Under the pieces are notes generated by a model. The model was not told the origin of the DNA. It worked only from the letters and a program-made list of their open reading frames with translations, and made no database searches. 64,000 bases of DNA from a virus, in IMG/VR virus record IMGVR_UViG_3300021964_000022, positions 46,013 through 110,012 of that record. The stretch is one strand, 5' to 3'. Both the position numbers and the translations under genes were made by a program. Every line of letters begins with the position of its first letter. The first letter of the stretch is position 1. Of this stretch, positions 29,141-40,300 are shown piece by piece.

Positions 29141-29977
29141 TTACATAAATGTAATTCTTACTACACCAGATCCAGCCTGGCCTCCACCCGCACAACATTT
29201 GTGTGCATTGTCGTAATAGCTGTTTTCACCTGACTGTCCGCCACCTGCGGGCCAGTTAACATAACAACCACATACACACCAAGTCTCAGATGCAGAGTTG
29301 AACGAACGTTTACCAATTATTGGTGCCGCTCCAGTCCATTGTCCACGTCTTCTACAGTGGTGATATCCGTTACCAAAACGCATACCTGAATCACCCATCA
29401 TGCCCATATCTGCACCCCAGAATCCGCAAATATTACAGTTTGCACAACCCCATGATCTATCATATACGCCCCATGCATCTGAGTTACAGTTCCACCCACC
29501 ACATGCTCCTGTTACACAGAAGTTTGATAAGTTGTATCCATTTACATATGAACGACATCCTATACCGCCAGTACAAGTGTGTGATTTTTCACACGGCCAT
29601 GCACCGCCTGCACATACTGTATATGTACAACCTGGTTGAGTCGATACTGTTTTTATAGCATAGTTTCCGCCTTGTCCTGATATTGTATACATACAACAGT
29701 TAGCACAAGTACCGCCAGCGCCACCGCCGCCGCCGCTCCAAATTTCAAATGTTACTGTTCCAGTATTTGCTGGTACAGTCCAGTTACAACACATTCCGTT
29801 AGTTTGTCCACAACAATCACCTGCCATAGCACATTGGTGACATTCTAAACCTCTTTGGTTATAGATCCATTGTACACCTAAATTGTGTCCTGCTCCCGGC
29901 TCTAGCTGTGTTGCTGTTATCGATCCGTTGTCGATACTATCAACATCAACTTTTTTATAACTTGCATATGTTGCCAT
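29141..29977 (-). CDS. Cys/Gly-rich tail-tip-like protein, paralogue 3
   Basis: WTVP..TFEIWSGGGGG...GGNY...GSGVVRITF; 26 Cys by manual count. Confidence 0.6.
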   Translation of the reverse strand: MATYASYKKVDVDSIDNGSITATQLEPGAGHNLGVQWIYNQRGLECHQCAMAGDCCGQTNGMCCNWTVPANTGTVTFEIWSGGGGGAGGTCANCCMYTISGQGGNYAIKTVSTQPGCTYTVCAGGAWPCEKSHTCTGGIGCRSYVNGYNLSNFCVTGACGGWNCNSDAWGVYDRSWGCANCNICGFWGADMGMMGDSGMRFGNGYHHCRRRGQWTGAAPIIGKRSFNSASETWCVCGCYVNWPAGGGQSGENSYYDNAHKCCAGGGQAGSGVVRITFM

Positions 29978-29992
29978 AATATTTCCTCTTTC

Positions 29993-30838
29993 TTAAGCAA
30001 ACGTAATTTTTACGATGCCCGATCCGCCTTGTCCTTGTCCACCACCACAACACTTTTCAGCGTTGTCACAGTAGCTTGATAATCCTGTACTTGATCCACC
30101 TGCAGGCCAGTTAACATAGTAACCGCAACCACACCAGGCTTCTGTTAAACTCATTTGGTGTACCATTCCGCCTAACATAGGCGCTCCACCTGTTGAAGTA
30201 TGGTCTGCACCTTGACAATGACAACCTGAGTGTCCTAGTCTGTTTCCAACAAATCCCATAATTCCAAAATCAGCTCCAAACATACCACAAATGTTACAGT
30301 TAGCACAGCCATATGATTTATCATATGTACCCCATGCATCACCGTTACACATCCAGCCTCCACAGCCGCCAGTAACACAAAAATTACTTAGGTTATGTCC
30401 GTTAATGTAAGATCTACACCCCATGCCCGCTGAACATGTATGTGATTTATTGCAAGGCCAACTGCCTCCTGCACATACAGTGTACTGACATCCTGGAGTT
30501 GTACTAATACTTTTCATAGCGTAGTTACCACCGGCACCACCACCTGAGAAACTACAACAGTTACAACATGTTTGTCCTGCGCCGCCTCCGCCGCCTGACC
30601 AAATTTCAAAAACTAATTTACTTACGTTGCTTGGTACTGTCCATAAACAACAACGTCCACATGACTGAGCACAACAACTACCGTTAGCCGCACATGCTTG
30701 ACATGCTAGACCTCTATCTGCATAAATGTATTTAATACATGCTTGGTTACCAGCGCCTGGCTGTAACTTAGCACCTGAGATAGAGTTATCATCAAATTGT
30801 GCTGTTGTTACTTTCTTATAACTTGCGTACGATGCCAT
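29993..30838 (-). CDS. Cys/Gly-rich tail-tip-like protein, paralogue 2
   Basis: Same scaffold; 30 Cys by manual count. Confidence 0.6.
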   Translation of the reverse strand: MASYASYKKVTTAQFDDNSISGAKLQPGAGNQACIKYIYADRGLACQACAANGSCCAQSCGRCCLWTVPSNVSKLVFEIWSGGGGGAGQTCCNCCSFSGGGAGGNYAMKSISTTPGCQYTVCAGGSWPCNKSHTCSAGMGCRSYINGHNLSNFCVTGGCGGWMCNGDAWGTYDKSYGCANCNICGMFGADFGIMGFVGNRLGHSGCHCQGADHTSTGGAPMLGGMVHQMSLTEAWCGCGYYVNWPAGGSSTGLSSYCDNAEKCCGGGQGQGGSGIVKITFA

Positions 30839-30854
30839 TAATTATTCCCCTATC

Positions 30855-31691
30855 CTAAACAAACGTTATCTTTACTATACCAGAACCACCTTGGCCTGAT
30901 CCACCTGCACAGCATTTTTCAGCAGTTTCACAATAAGGTGAAACGCCTGACTGTCCGCCGCCAGCTGGCCAATTAACATAACAACCACATGCACACCATG
31001 CTTCAGAAGTTGATACAGCTTGCATTTTACCTATCAATGGCGCCTGACCAGTAAAACTTGTTTGTCCATGACAACGACATGCTGAACCACCTGTTCTAAA
31101 TCCTGTTGTACCCATAATTGTGAAATCTGTTCCGAAACCTCCGCAAATGTTACAGTTTGCACATGTACCTTGATGTCTTGGTCCCCAAGCATCACCGTTA
31201 CACATCCAACCACCGCAACCACCTGTTACGCAGAAGTTTGATAGATTATGTCCATTTACATATGAACGACATCCCATACCTGCACTACAAGTATGTGCTT
31301 TTTCGCATCTCCACGATCCTCCTGCACATATAGTATATGTACAACCAGGTTGTGTTTCAATAGTTTTAGTTGTATAGTTACCACCTGCTCCGCCAGCACT
31401 AAAAGAACAACAGTTACAGCAAGTATGGCCTGCTCCGCCACCTCCGCCACTCCATAATTCAAATGTTACTTTGCCAACGTTTGCTGGTACTGTCCAGTTA
31501 CAACACTTACCATTAGCTTGTTCACAACAGTTACCATTGTTGGCACAGTTATGACATAGTCTACCACGTTCGTTGTAAATCCATTGAACACCGTATGCAT
31601 TTCCAGCACCGGCCTGTAATTTAGCGCCTGTGATAGCGCCTGCCGAAATACTTTCTGCTTTTACTTTTTTATAACTTGCATAAGATGCCAT
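30855..31691 (-). CDS. Cys/Gly-rich tail-tip-like protein, paralogue 1
   Basis: Same scaffold; 29 Cys by manual count. Confidence 0.6.
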   Translation of the reverse strand: MASYASYKKVKAESISAGAITGAKLQAGAGNAYGVQWIYNERGRLCHNCANNGNCCEQANGKCCNWTVPANVGKVTFELWSGGGGGAGHTCCNCCSFSAGGAGGNYTTKTIETQPGCTYTICAGGSWRCEKAHTCSAGMGCRSYVNGHNLSNFCVTGGCGGWMCNGDAWGPRHQGTCANCNICGGFGTDFTIMGTTGFRTGGSACRCHGQTSFTGQAPLIGKMQAVSTSEAWCACGCYVNWPAGGGQSGVSPYCETAEKCCAGGSGQGGSGIVKITFV

Positions 31692-31714
31692 TTACTAATT
31701 TCCTCTATATAATA

Positions 31715-32170
31715 TTATACAGACAATAGTCTCCAGCCCTGACTTGATCCACTATATACCATATCGAAGGAAGCACCTTCGGAATCAATAGTCATGTCTG
31801 AACTATCACCCATTATCTTCTCACCGTTACGTCCAATTGTACATGCATTTGAATCAAAGGTTCTTGCTACATCAAATATTCTAATTGTGTCGCCTAACGC
31901 TGGACTTGATGGCAATGTAATTGTACGTCCGCCACTTGTTGTATCTAAAAAGATTGCTTGTCCTGCTGATGCAGTAGTATTTGAACTTGTGCTTACAGTT
32001 TGGAAAGTACCTACAGGTAACCATGCTGTTCCGTTGTAAAATTCAAGAAAATTTCTGTCAGTGTTGAATCTTAAAAATCCAGCACCTGCGGTATCTGGTC
32101 TTTGGGCAGTGCTACCATAAGCAATAGTATTACCTCCTGGTGCCGCTCCAATTGATATTCTTCTTCCCAT
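31715..32170 (-). CDS. Tail fibre-associated protein
   Basis: GSTAQRP...G.LRFNT....EFYNGTAW fibre motif plus DTTSG..TITLP.SP..GD domain. Confidence 0.65.
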   Translation of the reverse strand: MGRRISIGAAPGGNTIAYGSTAQRPDTAGAGFLRFNTDRNFLEFYNGTAWLPVGTFQTVSTSSNTTASAGQAIFLDTTSGGRTITLPSSPALGDTIRIFDVARTFDSNACTIGRNGEKIMGDSSDMTIDSEGASFDMVYSGSSQGWRLLSV

Positions 32171-32181
32171 AATACTATCCT

Positions 32182-32505
32182 TTACGCCGGTAATGTAGTT
32201 TCGATACCATATGCAACTGCCGAAACACTTGCTTGACTCGATCTACAAATTAATATTTGGTTTTCACCAATAACCAAACCAGTTCTTTCTAAGACCCCGT
32301 TTGGTGCTAGTGATACATCAAATTCAATATATTCACTATTTGCTGGTGTTCCAGAAGCTCCAATAGCAATTCTAATGCTTGCTGTGTTTGAGCCTCTATT
32401 ACATATGTTTATTGATGCTACAGTATACGATCCACCTGGTACAGTATAAACTGAGGTGTTAGTATTAGCTGATAGATCATTTTTTCCTAGTACGCCATTT
32501 GCCAT
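32182..32505 (-). CDS. Small beta-sandwich virion protein (paralogue of 43113-43442 and 51908-52240)
   Basis: YTVP...TV..I.ICN pattern, about 110 aa. Confidence 0.55.
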   Translation of the reverse strand: MANGVLGKNDLSANTNTSVYTVPGGSYTVASINICNRGSNTASIRIAIGASGTPANSEYIEFDVSLAPNGVLERTGLVIGENQILICRSSQASVSAVAYGIETTLPA

Positions 32506-32534
32506 TTTATTTTATCTCCATTTGTATTTATCAG

Positions 32535-35500
32535 TTACTTTAAGAAGTATTGTAGTGCTACCGGATCGCCGGATATGCCTCCTGTAAAGTTCATTTGAGC
32601 ATTTACGTTTATCGGTACATCAGTTGATGTACTAATTGTATCACCAGTAATATTTACCACACCAGCAGTAATGGCGTTCACGTTAAGTGAACTAGATCCA
32701 CCACCAATCTGTGAGTTAATATAAGCAATTATTGCTCTCTGTGTAGGTACAACATTATCTGAGTCTGCACTCATTGTACCATCTGTAGAAAATTCATTAA
32801 TTACTGCGCCGCCAGCTCCTAAGCCAACTGCACCTAGTGATAATTCTTGCAGTCCTGCTAGTGAGAATGCGTTAACATTCAAGCTCGCTTGTCCTGTAGC
32901 CTGTTCAACGTTGAACAATCTACCTACTCTAAAGTTACCATCTTGGTCGGTACTTGTGTAGAATACTCTTCCGCCTCCATACTCTTTAACTTCGTCAGTT
33001 GCGTCTGGCGCTTGTAAAGGTGTATTAGGATAATTTGTATCTGCAAGTCCACCTGTACCAATATCTAGGAAATCGTGTCCTGTCAAACGTACCTGTGAAT
33101 ATCTAATTCTTACTTCAATAGTTGAATCATGTGTAGGAGCAGTTTCAATTCCTAAATCAGGGCTAACTTGAAGATTTGCTGTTTGGTTACCAACACTACC
33201 TAAAAGTTCTCTTACTGCAACAATTTTAAAGAATCTGCTATCTCCGTTAATTGTTAAGTTAGATCCTTCTTGCGGTGTTGCTGTTAATCCTTTAACATTT
33301 ACATATTGTCCTGTTTGGAATAAATCTGCAAAACCATCACCTGTTGTAATTTCAGCACTTGCTGTTTCATAATCAACACCTCTGTTACTAAATGTTGGTT
33401 GTGTTAAAACACCGTCGCCAAATCTTACTGTATGCGGAACATCTAATGTTGAACTTGGATCTGTTACAGTCATTGTAGGAGCACTTGTATATCCACTTCC
33501 TGGATTAACAATTCTAAATTCAGTAATTCTTCCATCACTAACTTTAGCTCTTACTAATGCACCTGTACCGCCGCCACCAGTAAATGAAACTCTTGGTTCA
33601 ACAATGTATGCTGTTGTAGCATCAAGTGTTGTTTCAATTGCGTTACTAAAATGGAAAGTATCCCAACCTGCTGTTCCATCTGATTCTTTTGCTACAGTTG
33701 CAACTTTTGTATTTGCATTATAAGTTACAATTCTTGCATACTGTCCAACGCCTTTACCTGCTGTTACAACAACTCTCATTCCAACATAGTCGCCAGCCGC
33801 GGCTGATTCTGTGTTTGAAAGAGTAATTTGTGTAGTAGTTCCAGCCTGTGCTGTGTTTGTACTTGTGTTAAATCCACGTCCACCAAATGAATCTGCGTTG
33901 CCATTTGCATCGTATGTAGATCCATCATCTGGGTTACGTAGTCTAATTTCATTAATACCACCAGTAACTACGTTTGCCGCACTTACTGCCGCTCCAAAAC
34001 CTGCACCACTAAATCCATATGTTGCCGCAGTGTAGTCTTGTCCTGCATGACTATATTCTACATGAATAATAGCTTCTCCGTCAGTTAAAACATTTGTAAT
34101 TTGTGCTTCTAATTTTTGGTTATCGATATTTCCTTCGATAGCTACTTCTGTCTCATCAACACCTTCAGCTACTGCACCTTGATCACCGTATGAACAGTTA
34201 CCATTAGTACCACGTATCTTACCGCCGTTTTCTGAAAGGTATCCAATATGTCCGTAGTATGAGAACACTGAAACAAGTTCTGCTCTACCTAAGTTTGTTA
34301 CCCATGCACCAATACCATCACTTAGTACTTGTGTAAAGTCGTTAGCAACAATAGAGTCGTTACCGCCATCATGTAGTGATCCGTCAACTTTAATACCTAC
34401 ACATGCTGTACCAAAGTTTGTTACACCTTGTACATATGGAGATCTTTTGTTGATCCATACTGCTGTATCTGCTGGTCCCCAGCCCGGATCAAGTGATGCA
34501 TAAGCACCTGCACTTGGACGTTTAGTTCCATATGCGTTGGCTGATCCTAATGTACCTGTCAAACCACTTAGTGTTGCATTACGTACACCAGTACCGTCTC
34601 TTAGCAAGAACATGTTTTCTAATGCTGAACCGCTAACGCTATTGTGGTAGAATATTCCAGACATTAATGTTTTATAGTTACCTGTGTATACTAGATCGTA
34701 TATAAATGCACTAATATATTCTCTTACATCTCTTTCACAAGCTACTGAGTCAAAATTGTATGCTGGATAGTTAACTTCGATATACTTTGTTACGTCTCTA
34801 GCAATAAAATCTTTATTAAGTTCTAGCAATCTTACTGCCGCCATTACATCTTGATCATCAACTCTTGTATTAGTTCCGCCAAATGCTGGAGCACTTGAGT
34901 CACTTGAAACACCATTAACTTTATAGTCAATATAATCATAAAGTTGTTGTGCAAGATTTGTTAAAGTTGTTGCTGTACCTGCATTTGAATGGGGCTTAGT
35001 TACATTTTGCGTAAGTGTATTTCCAGTTTGTGCTGTAACTGATGACCCTTGAATAATGTCATCAATAATACTTTGCATATGTAATATACCTGCTAAACTG
35101 TAAGTAGTGTCACTACTGTCTGTAAGTGAACCTGCTGGCTTAATTCTTGTACTACGTAATTCGTCACCTAGTATAACAGTTAATGCTGGTACTCTGATTG
35201 GAAGTACTTCTTTAAATTCACCTGTCATTACACGTACTGTTTTGTGTATTTCTTGTAGTGCAGGAATAGTATAACCTCCACCTAGTGTAATTGCATTTTT
35301 TGCGTATGTGTTGTAAGTATCAAGTAACGCATAAATTCCTGTTTCAGCTGGTTTTGTTGAATCGGTAATTTGTATTGACTGATCACCTACTGGAACACTA
35401 CGTTCGTCTTGATAATTAGTTGCCGGTGCAGTACTATTAATTACATTTTCTATTAGTGTGTACATGTAATTAAGTGCCGCAACGTTTTGTGCTTCGCCAC

Positions 35501-37337
35501 CTACGTTAAACCAATCGCCGTCTGTTTGATTTGCAAATGTTGTTGCAACTCTACGCATATTTGTGTTTCCACCATGCCTTAAGTCTAAGGCCATTGCATC
35601 TACTACAAATCCAATTAGTCTTTCAAACTCTGCTTGGCTAAAGTTAAATCCAATAAAGAACGGAGTAATCTGGTTAACAATTTGTTCTAAACACCAGTTA
35701 CCTAATTCTTTTTGTATAAAGCTTCTGTTTATTTCTAAAAGATATGCAGAGTTTGGATTTTTTGGTCCGTTTAATATTTGTTCACATGCATATCTAACTG
35801 TTTTAAATGGTCTGTCAAGTGTTACACCGTATGTAGGTGCTTTACTATCTACACCATTACTTGCAACATAATAAATATCTTCTTGCTTACCAAAATCTAC
35901 CCATTGCGGAATACCTGCACTGCTAACTGAAAGAACTTGACCTTCATCACCAATTGGTAATCTTGCTGGTCCTGATCCACTAAAGTAAAGTAAATCGCCG
36001 TCAGTTGTTAATGCACTTTCTTCAGCACCTGATGCTAGGTTATTCCAATATGTACCTGCTGAATCAACTGATGGTTTATTTCCTGCCGCTGATGTGTGTG
36101 CAAGGATACAAATGTAACTTATTAATCCTTCACGTACTGCATCACCTGCATCGTAGAAAGTAGCATCTGTCCAAGTATTTTTCCATTCAATACCTTGGTT
36201 TAATCTTTCCCAATAAGACGCATTTGGCGGACGGAATCCGCTGTGGTTAGATGTAGCAAGATAAGTATATCCACCTAGTCTAACAACATCACCAACTCTG
36301 TATTCTTGGTTAGTTGAGTCATCGCCCCAAAGGCCTCTATTTCTAAATCCTGTTGTTAATAATTCCCAAGTTGAATCAATACCTGGTTGAATATTAAAGT
36401 TGTTGCTTGCCGCAACATACATATATCCACCAAAAGTAACAAAGTCACCTGGTTGATAATTTGTATTATAATCCCATGTATCTTCAAATTCTAAACCTGG
36501 AACAAAAACTGCCCAATTATCTTCGTCAGCTTTTAATGTACCTGTTCCTGAATCATCAGCCGCTACAACTGAAGTATGATAAGTTGTACAAATCCAAAGT
36601 GTTGCACCGTATTTTACAACGTCATTAATTTTATATCTTGTATTATTTCCCCAAGCGCCTTTGTATTCAAAGCCTTGGTTCATATAATCCCATTTAGATT
36701 GATCTGCTTCTAAGCCAATTGCATTAGTTGCACCTGAAGTATGACCTTGGTTACAAACATATACAGTTCCGCCATATTTTACAATGTCTTGACTTTTATA
36801 TCTTGTGCTAGGAGCCCATGGGCCTTTCCAGTCAACACCTTCTGAGAACAAATCCCAACTTACAATATTAGCTTCAAGTCCTAATGCATCAGTAGCCGCG
36901 GCAGTGTGACCAGTGTTACAAAAGTAAATGTTTCCGCCATATTTGACCAAGTCGTTTGCTTTGTATGTTTGTCCAGCTAACCATGCGGAGCGCCATTCGA
37001 TAGATGTAGCAAACAAATCCCATTTTTCTTGATCGTCTTCTAGAATTGAACCAGCAGTATGTCCTGTGTTACAGATATACAAAATACCACCATATGCAAC
37101 AATATCGTTTTGTTTATAAAAAGTTGCTGTGGTCCAATCGTTTTTCCATTCTTGACCATCACTAAATTTATTCCAGTTACTTTCGTCTGTGTAAAAATTT
37201 GATGTAGATGTGTGTCCCGTAATACAAACGTATGTACGACCACCATATCTGATTATGTCATCTTTTAGGTATGAAGTAGAACCTGTCCAGTCCCCTTTCC
37301 ATATAAACCTAATTCTTCCTAATTTAAATTCTGCCAT
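32535..37337 (-). CDS. Large tail fibre/spike protein with N-terminal CBM5/12-like repeats (1600 aa)
   Basis: Tandem W...T.Y..ND.V.YGG..Y.C..GHTS repeats; GDELRST and VFYTSTDQDGNFRVG modules. Confidence 0.7.
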   Translation of the reverse strand: MAEFKLGRIRFIWKGDWTGSTSYLKDDIIRYGGRTYVCITGHTSTSNFYTDESNWNKFSDGQEWKNDWTTATFYKQNDIVAYGGILYICNTGHTAGSILEDDQEKWDLFATSIEWRSAWLAGQTYKANDLVKYGGNIYFCNTGHTAAATDALGLEANIVSWDLFSEGVDWKGPWAPSTRYKSQDIVKYGGTVYVCNQGHTSGATNAIGLEADQSKWDYMNQGFEYKGAWGNNTRYKINDVVKYGATLWICTTYHTSVVAADDSGTGTLKADEDNWAVFVPGLEFEDTWDYNTNYQPGDFVTFGGYMYVAASNNFNIQPGIDSTWELLTTGFRNRGLWGDDSTNQEYRVGDVVRLGGYTYLATSNHSGFRPPNASYWERLNQGIEWKNTWTDATFYDAGDAVREGLISYICILAHTSAAGNKPSVDSAGTYWNNLASGAEESALTTDGDLLYFSGSGPARLPIGDEGQVLSVSSAGIPQWVDFGKQEDIYYVASNGVDSKAPTYGVTLDRPFKTVRYACEQILNGPKNPNSAYLLEINRSFIQKELGNWCLEQIVNQITPFFIGFNFSQAEFERLIGFVVDAMALDLRHGGNTNMRRVATTFANQTDGDWFNVGGEAQNVAALNYMYTLIENVINSTAPATNYQDERSVPVGDQSIQITDSTKPAETGIYALLDTYNTYAKNAITLGGGYTIPALQEIHKTVRVMTGEFKEVLPIRVPALTVILGDELRSTRIKPAGSLTDSSDTTYSLAGILHMQSIIDDIIQGSSVTAQTGNTLTQNVTKPHSNAGTATTLTNLAQQLYDYIDYKVNGVSSDSSAPAFGGTNTRVDDQDVMAAVRLLELNKDFIARDVTKYIEVNYPAYNFDSVACERDVREYISAFIYDLVYTGNYKTLMSGIFYHNSVSGSALENMFLLRDGTGVRNATLSGLTGTLGSANAYGTKRPSAGAYASLDPGWGPADTAVWINKRSPYVQGVTNFGTACVGIKVDGSLHDGGNDSIVANDFTQVLSDGIGAWVTNLGRAELVSVFSYYGHIGYLSENGGKIRGTNGNCSYGDQGAVAEGVDETEVAIEGNIDNQKLEAQITNVLTDGEAIIHVEYSHAGQDYTAATYGFSGAGFGAAVSAANVVTGGINEIRLRNPDDGSTYDANGNADSFGGRGFNTSTNTAQAGTTTQITLSNTESAAAGDYVGMRVVVTAGKGVGQYARIVTYNANTKVATVAKESDGTAGWDTFHFSNAIETTLDATTAYIVEPRVSFTGGGGTGALVRAKVSDGRITEFRIVNPGSGYTSAPTMTVTDPSSTLDVPHTVRFGDGVLTQPTFSNRGVDYETASAEITTGDGFADLFQTGQYVNVKGLTATPQEGSNLTINGDSRFFKIVAVRELLGSVGNQTANLQVSPDLGIETAPTHDSTIEVRIRYSQVRLTGHDFLDIGTGGLADTNYPNTPLQAPDATDEVKEYGGGRVFYTSTDQDGNFRVGRLFNVEQATGQASLNVNAFSLAGLQELSLGAVGLGAGGAVINEFSTDGTMSADSDNVVPTQRAIIAYINSQIGGGSSSLNVNAITAGVVNITGDTISTSTDVPINVNAQMNFTGGISGDPVALQYFLK
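32923..32975. repeat. 53-bp direct repeat, copy 1 (copy 2 at 37792-37844)
   Basis: CCTACTCTAAAGTTACCATCTTGGTC(G/A)GTACTTGTGTAGAATACTCTTCCGCC, one mismatch. Confidence 0.85.
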
Positions 37338-37373
37338 TTTATGCTCCGTTTCCCTAGCTTATACTATTTATCC

Positions 37374-40300
37374 TTACCCGTTAAACTCATTGCGATCATC
37401 CATTCCGTGAATGAAGAAACCGTGTGCCGCCATATCACCATCTGGTGATCCGCTTGTTAAGTTCATCTGGTTGGTTACGTTTATTATACCTTCAGTAGTT
37501 GATATCTCTTGTCCTTGCACTACTACAACACCTGCTGTAATTGCGTTAGTAAACAATGTTGCACCACCGCCTGTAATTCTATTTTCTAAGTATGCTTTGA
37601 TTGCTCTTTGCGTTGGTATTACACTATCGCTATTAGCAGTCATTGTATTATCTGTTGAAAATTCTTTAATTGTTGCTTGAGTACCACCAACTTGGATACC
37701 ACCCAATCTCAATTCATCTAATCCACCTAAGTCAAAGAAATCTGCATTAAGTGTTACACCACCTGTTGACTGTGAAACTCTAAATAGTTCGCCTACTCTA
37801 AAGTTACCATCTTGGTCAGTACTTGTGTAGAATACTCTTCCGCCATTATTTTCAACAATTTCATTTGCTTGTCTTGTTTCATTTGCGGCAGATCTACCAA
37901 ACTTATATAATGTTGGATAGTTTGTATCTGTAAAGTTACCAGTACCAATATCTAGGAAATCATGTCCTGTAAGTCTACAGCTACTATATCTTTCTCTAAA
38001 TGTAATTGCTTCTTCATGATCCGGAGATGTAGCTACTGCTAATATCGGACTAATTTGAAGTTGAGCACTAAAGTTTGGTGCAGTTCCTGAACTACTTAAT
38101 ACTTTAACAATTTTATAAAGTGTATCAGGTTGTCCTGCAAAGTTAATGTTTGATCCTGCTTTTGGTACTTTTGTTGCACCTTTAATTTGAAGTTTATTAC
38201 CTTTTTGGTATTCATCTGCAAAACCAGTTCCAGTCAATGTAGCAATCATTGTTAAGTAATCTGATCCTCTATTATACATTTCCGGTTGTGCAAGTACTTT
38301 GTCATTTAAGTTTACTACAAGAGTTGGTTCTGTATACTCTTCAGGATCAAATACAACAACACTAGGTTGTGTAGTGTATCCACTACCTGGATCCATAATA
38401 ACAAACTCACTAATATTATTGTTTGCAATATTAACTCTTAAATGTGCAGTTTTACCACCTTGTATTCTTTCACCAGTAGCACTTGTACCTTTTGTTAAGA
38501 ATGTTGGTCTGTCTAAATATATTCCACCTGCAACAGATGTTTGGTTAGCATTAGGACTTCCAATTACTGTCCAATGTTTACCTTCATTACTGTATGCATT
38601 TGTACCTTGAGCACTTGCTACTACAAATACACCACCTGCATATGCTATGGTCCAATCTTCTCTAACGCTGTCGCCTTTGATATCGGAATCTTGCCAATTA
38701 ACAGCATCATCACTATAAAACATTCTATCACTGTTGTCCATTGTTAGTGTCCAAGTATTATTACCATATGCAACATCACTGTACACTTCTGGTGAACTAG
38801 GTGCTGGTAAAGTTCCAGCCGTCCAGCTTGATCCGTCATTTGTTGAATATTCATAATATCCATCTGAACTAAACACAAACCAAATTCCTTGTCCAAACTC
38901 AACGCCTGTCCATGCTCTGCTTGCATTTAATGTTAGTGCTGTCCAACTTGTAGGAGCAACTGTACTATCTCCGCCTGTTCCAATCGTACCAATATATGCT
39001 GTGTCTGATCCGGTAGCTACAACCATAATTTTATCATCATTAGAACCACCTTGTGCAATACCAGTCCAGTTAAGTGTATCAGGTAAAGTAGAAGTGTCCC
39101 ATGATGTTCCATCATTTGAATAATGGAAGTTTGCTGAGCCGCCTGCCGCAAACATCATTAAGTCGCCGCGTTTTCCTCTAGCGTCCCATGTATCACTTTC
39201 GCTAACGTTAGTTGTTGTCCATGTATCGCCACCGTCTGCTGTAACATAAACATCGTTAGTTCCACTTAATGGATAATAAAACTTTCCTGCGCCAAACCCA
39301 GAAAGTCCAAGTCCTGCTTGAACAACTGTTCCTGTTTGTGTCCATGGAGGACTACTTACTGTAACACGAGGTTCAATTTCGTAGAATGTACTATCATCTA
39401 GTACAAATTGTATTGGTCTACCCGGAATAAGTTGATCCCATCCTGCTGTTCCAGTACTATACCTATAAATTGTTGCAGTATTAGTATCTTCATCGTATGC
39501 TTGTATATAACCGTATTGACCTGCTCCTGCACCGTTTGTAATATAAACTGCCATTCCTGTTAACTGTGCCGAAGTTCTTGCTTCAGCGTTTGCAATTAAT
39601 AATGTACTATCTGTGCCGCCTCTAGCATAGTTGCTAATAAACTTATATCCAGCTCCACCTATTTGAGATGAATCACTTGGTACTGTTAAACGAATATTGC
39701 TAATAGCATTATTTCTAAACTCAGTCCAACGTGCATCAATGCCTGTTCCTGGACCAGTATAACTTGCTGTTACAGTTGTATAATCTTGACCTGCATGTTC
39801 ATATGCATAATGAAGTATTTCATTACCATCAGTCATTATTCTATCAATTCTTGCTTCGCCACTTTGGTTATTTACTTGTGCTGAAATTGGAACTTCGTTT
39901 GCATCGAATCCTTCAGCAACACTACCAAATGTTCCGTAAGAGTTGTTACCGTTTGTTGCACGTAATATACCACCATTCTCTGCTAGATATCCAATATGGT
40001 TATAATATGTAAACACACTAACAAGTTCTGATTTACCTAAATTAGTTGCCCAATATCCGATACCGTCACTTAATACTTGTGTAAAGTCGTTAGCAACCAT
40101 AGATTTATTACCACCGTTGTGTAATGCTCCATCAATTTTCATTCCTACACAAGCAGTACCTATTGTTGTAACACCTTGCACATAAGTTGATTTATTTCTA
40201 ACCCAAACACTTTGATCTTCTGGACCAGTGCCCGGATCTAATGAAACATAAGCACCTGCTGTAGTTCTTTTTGTGCCATAATCATTAGCATCTGTTAACA

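Noticed and set aside
29141-31691. Diversity-generating retroelement template/variable repeats among Cys-rich paralogues
   Set aside because: Differences are not adenine-specific, all copies are intact ORFs, and no reverse transcriptase is in the window
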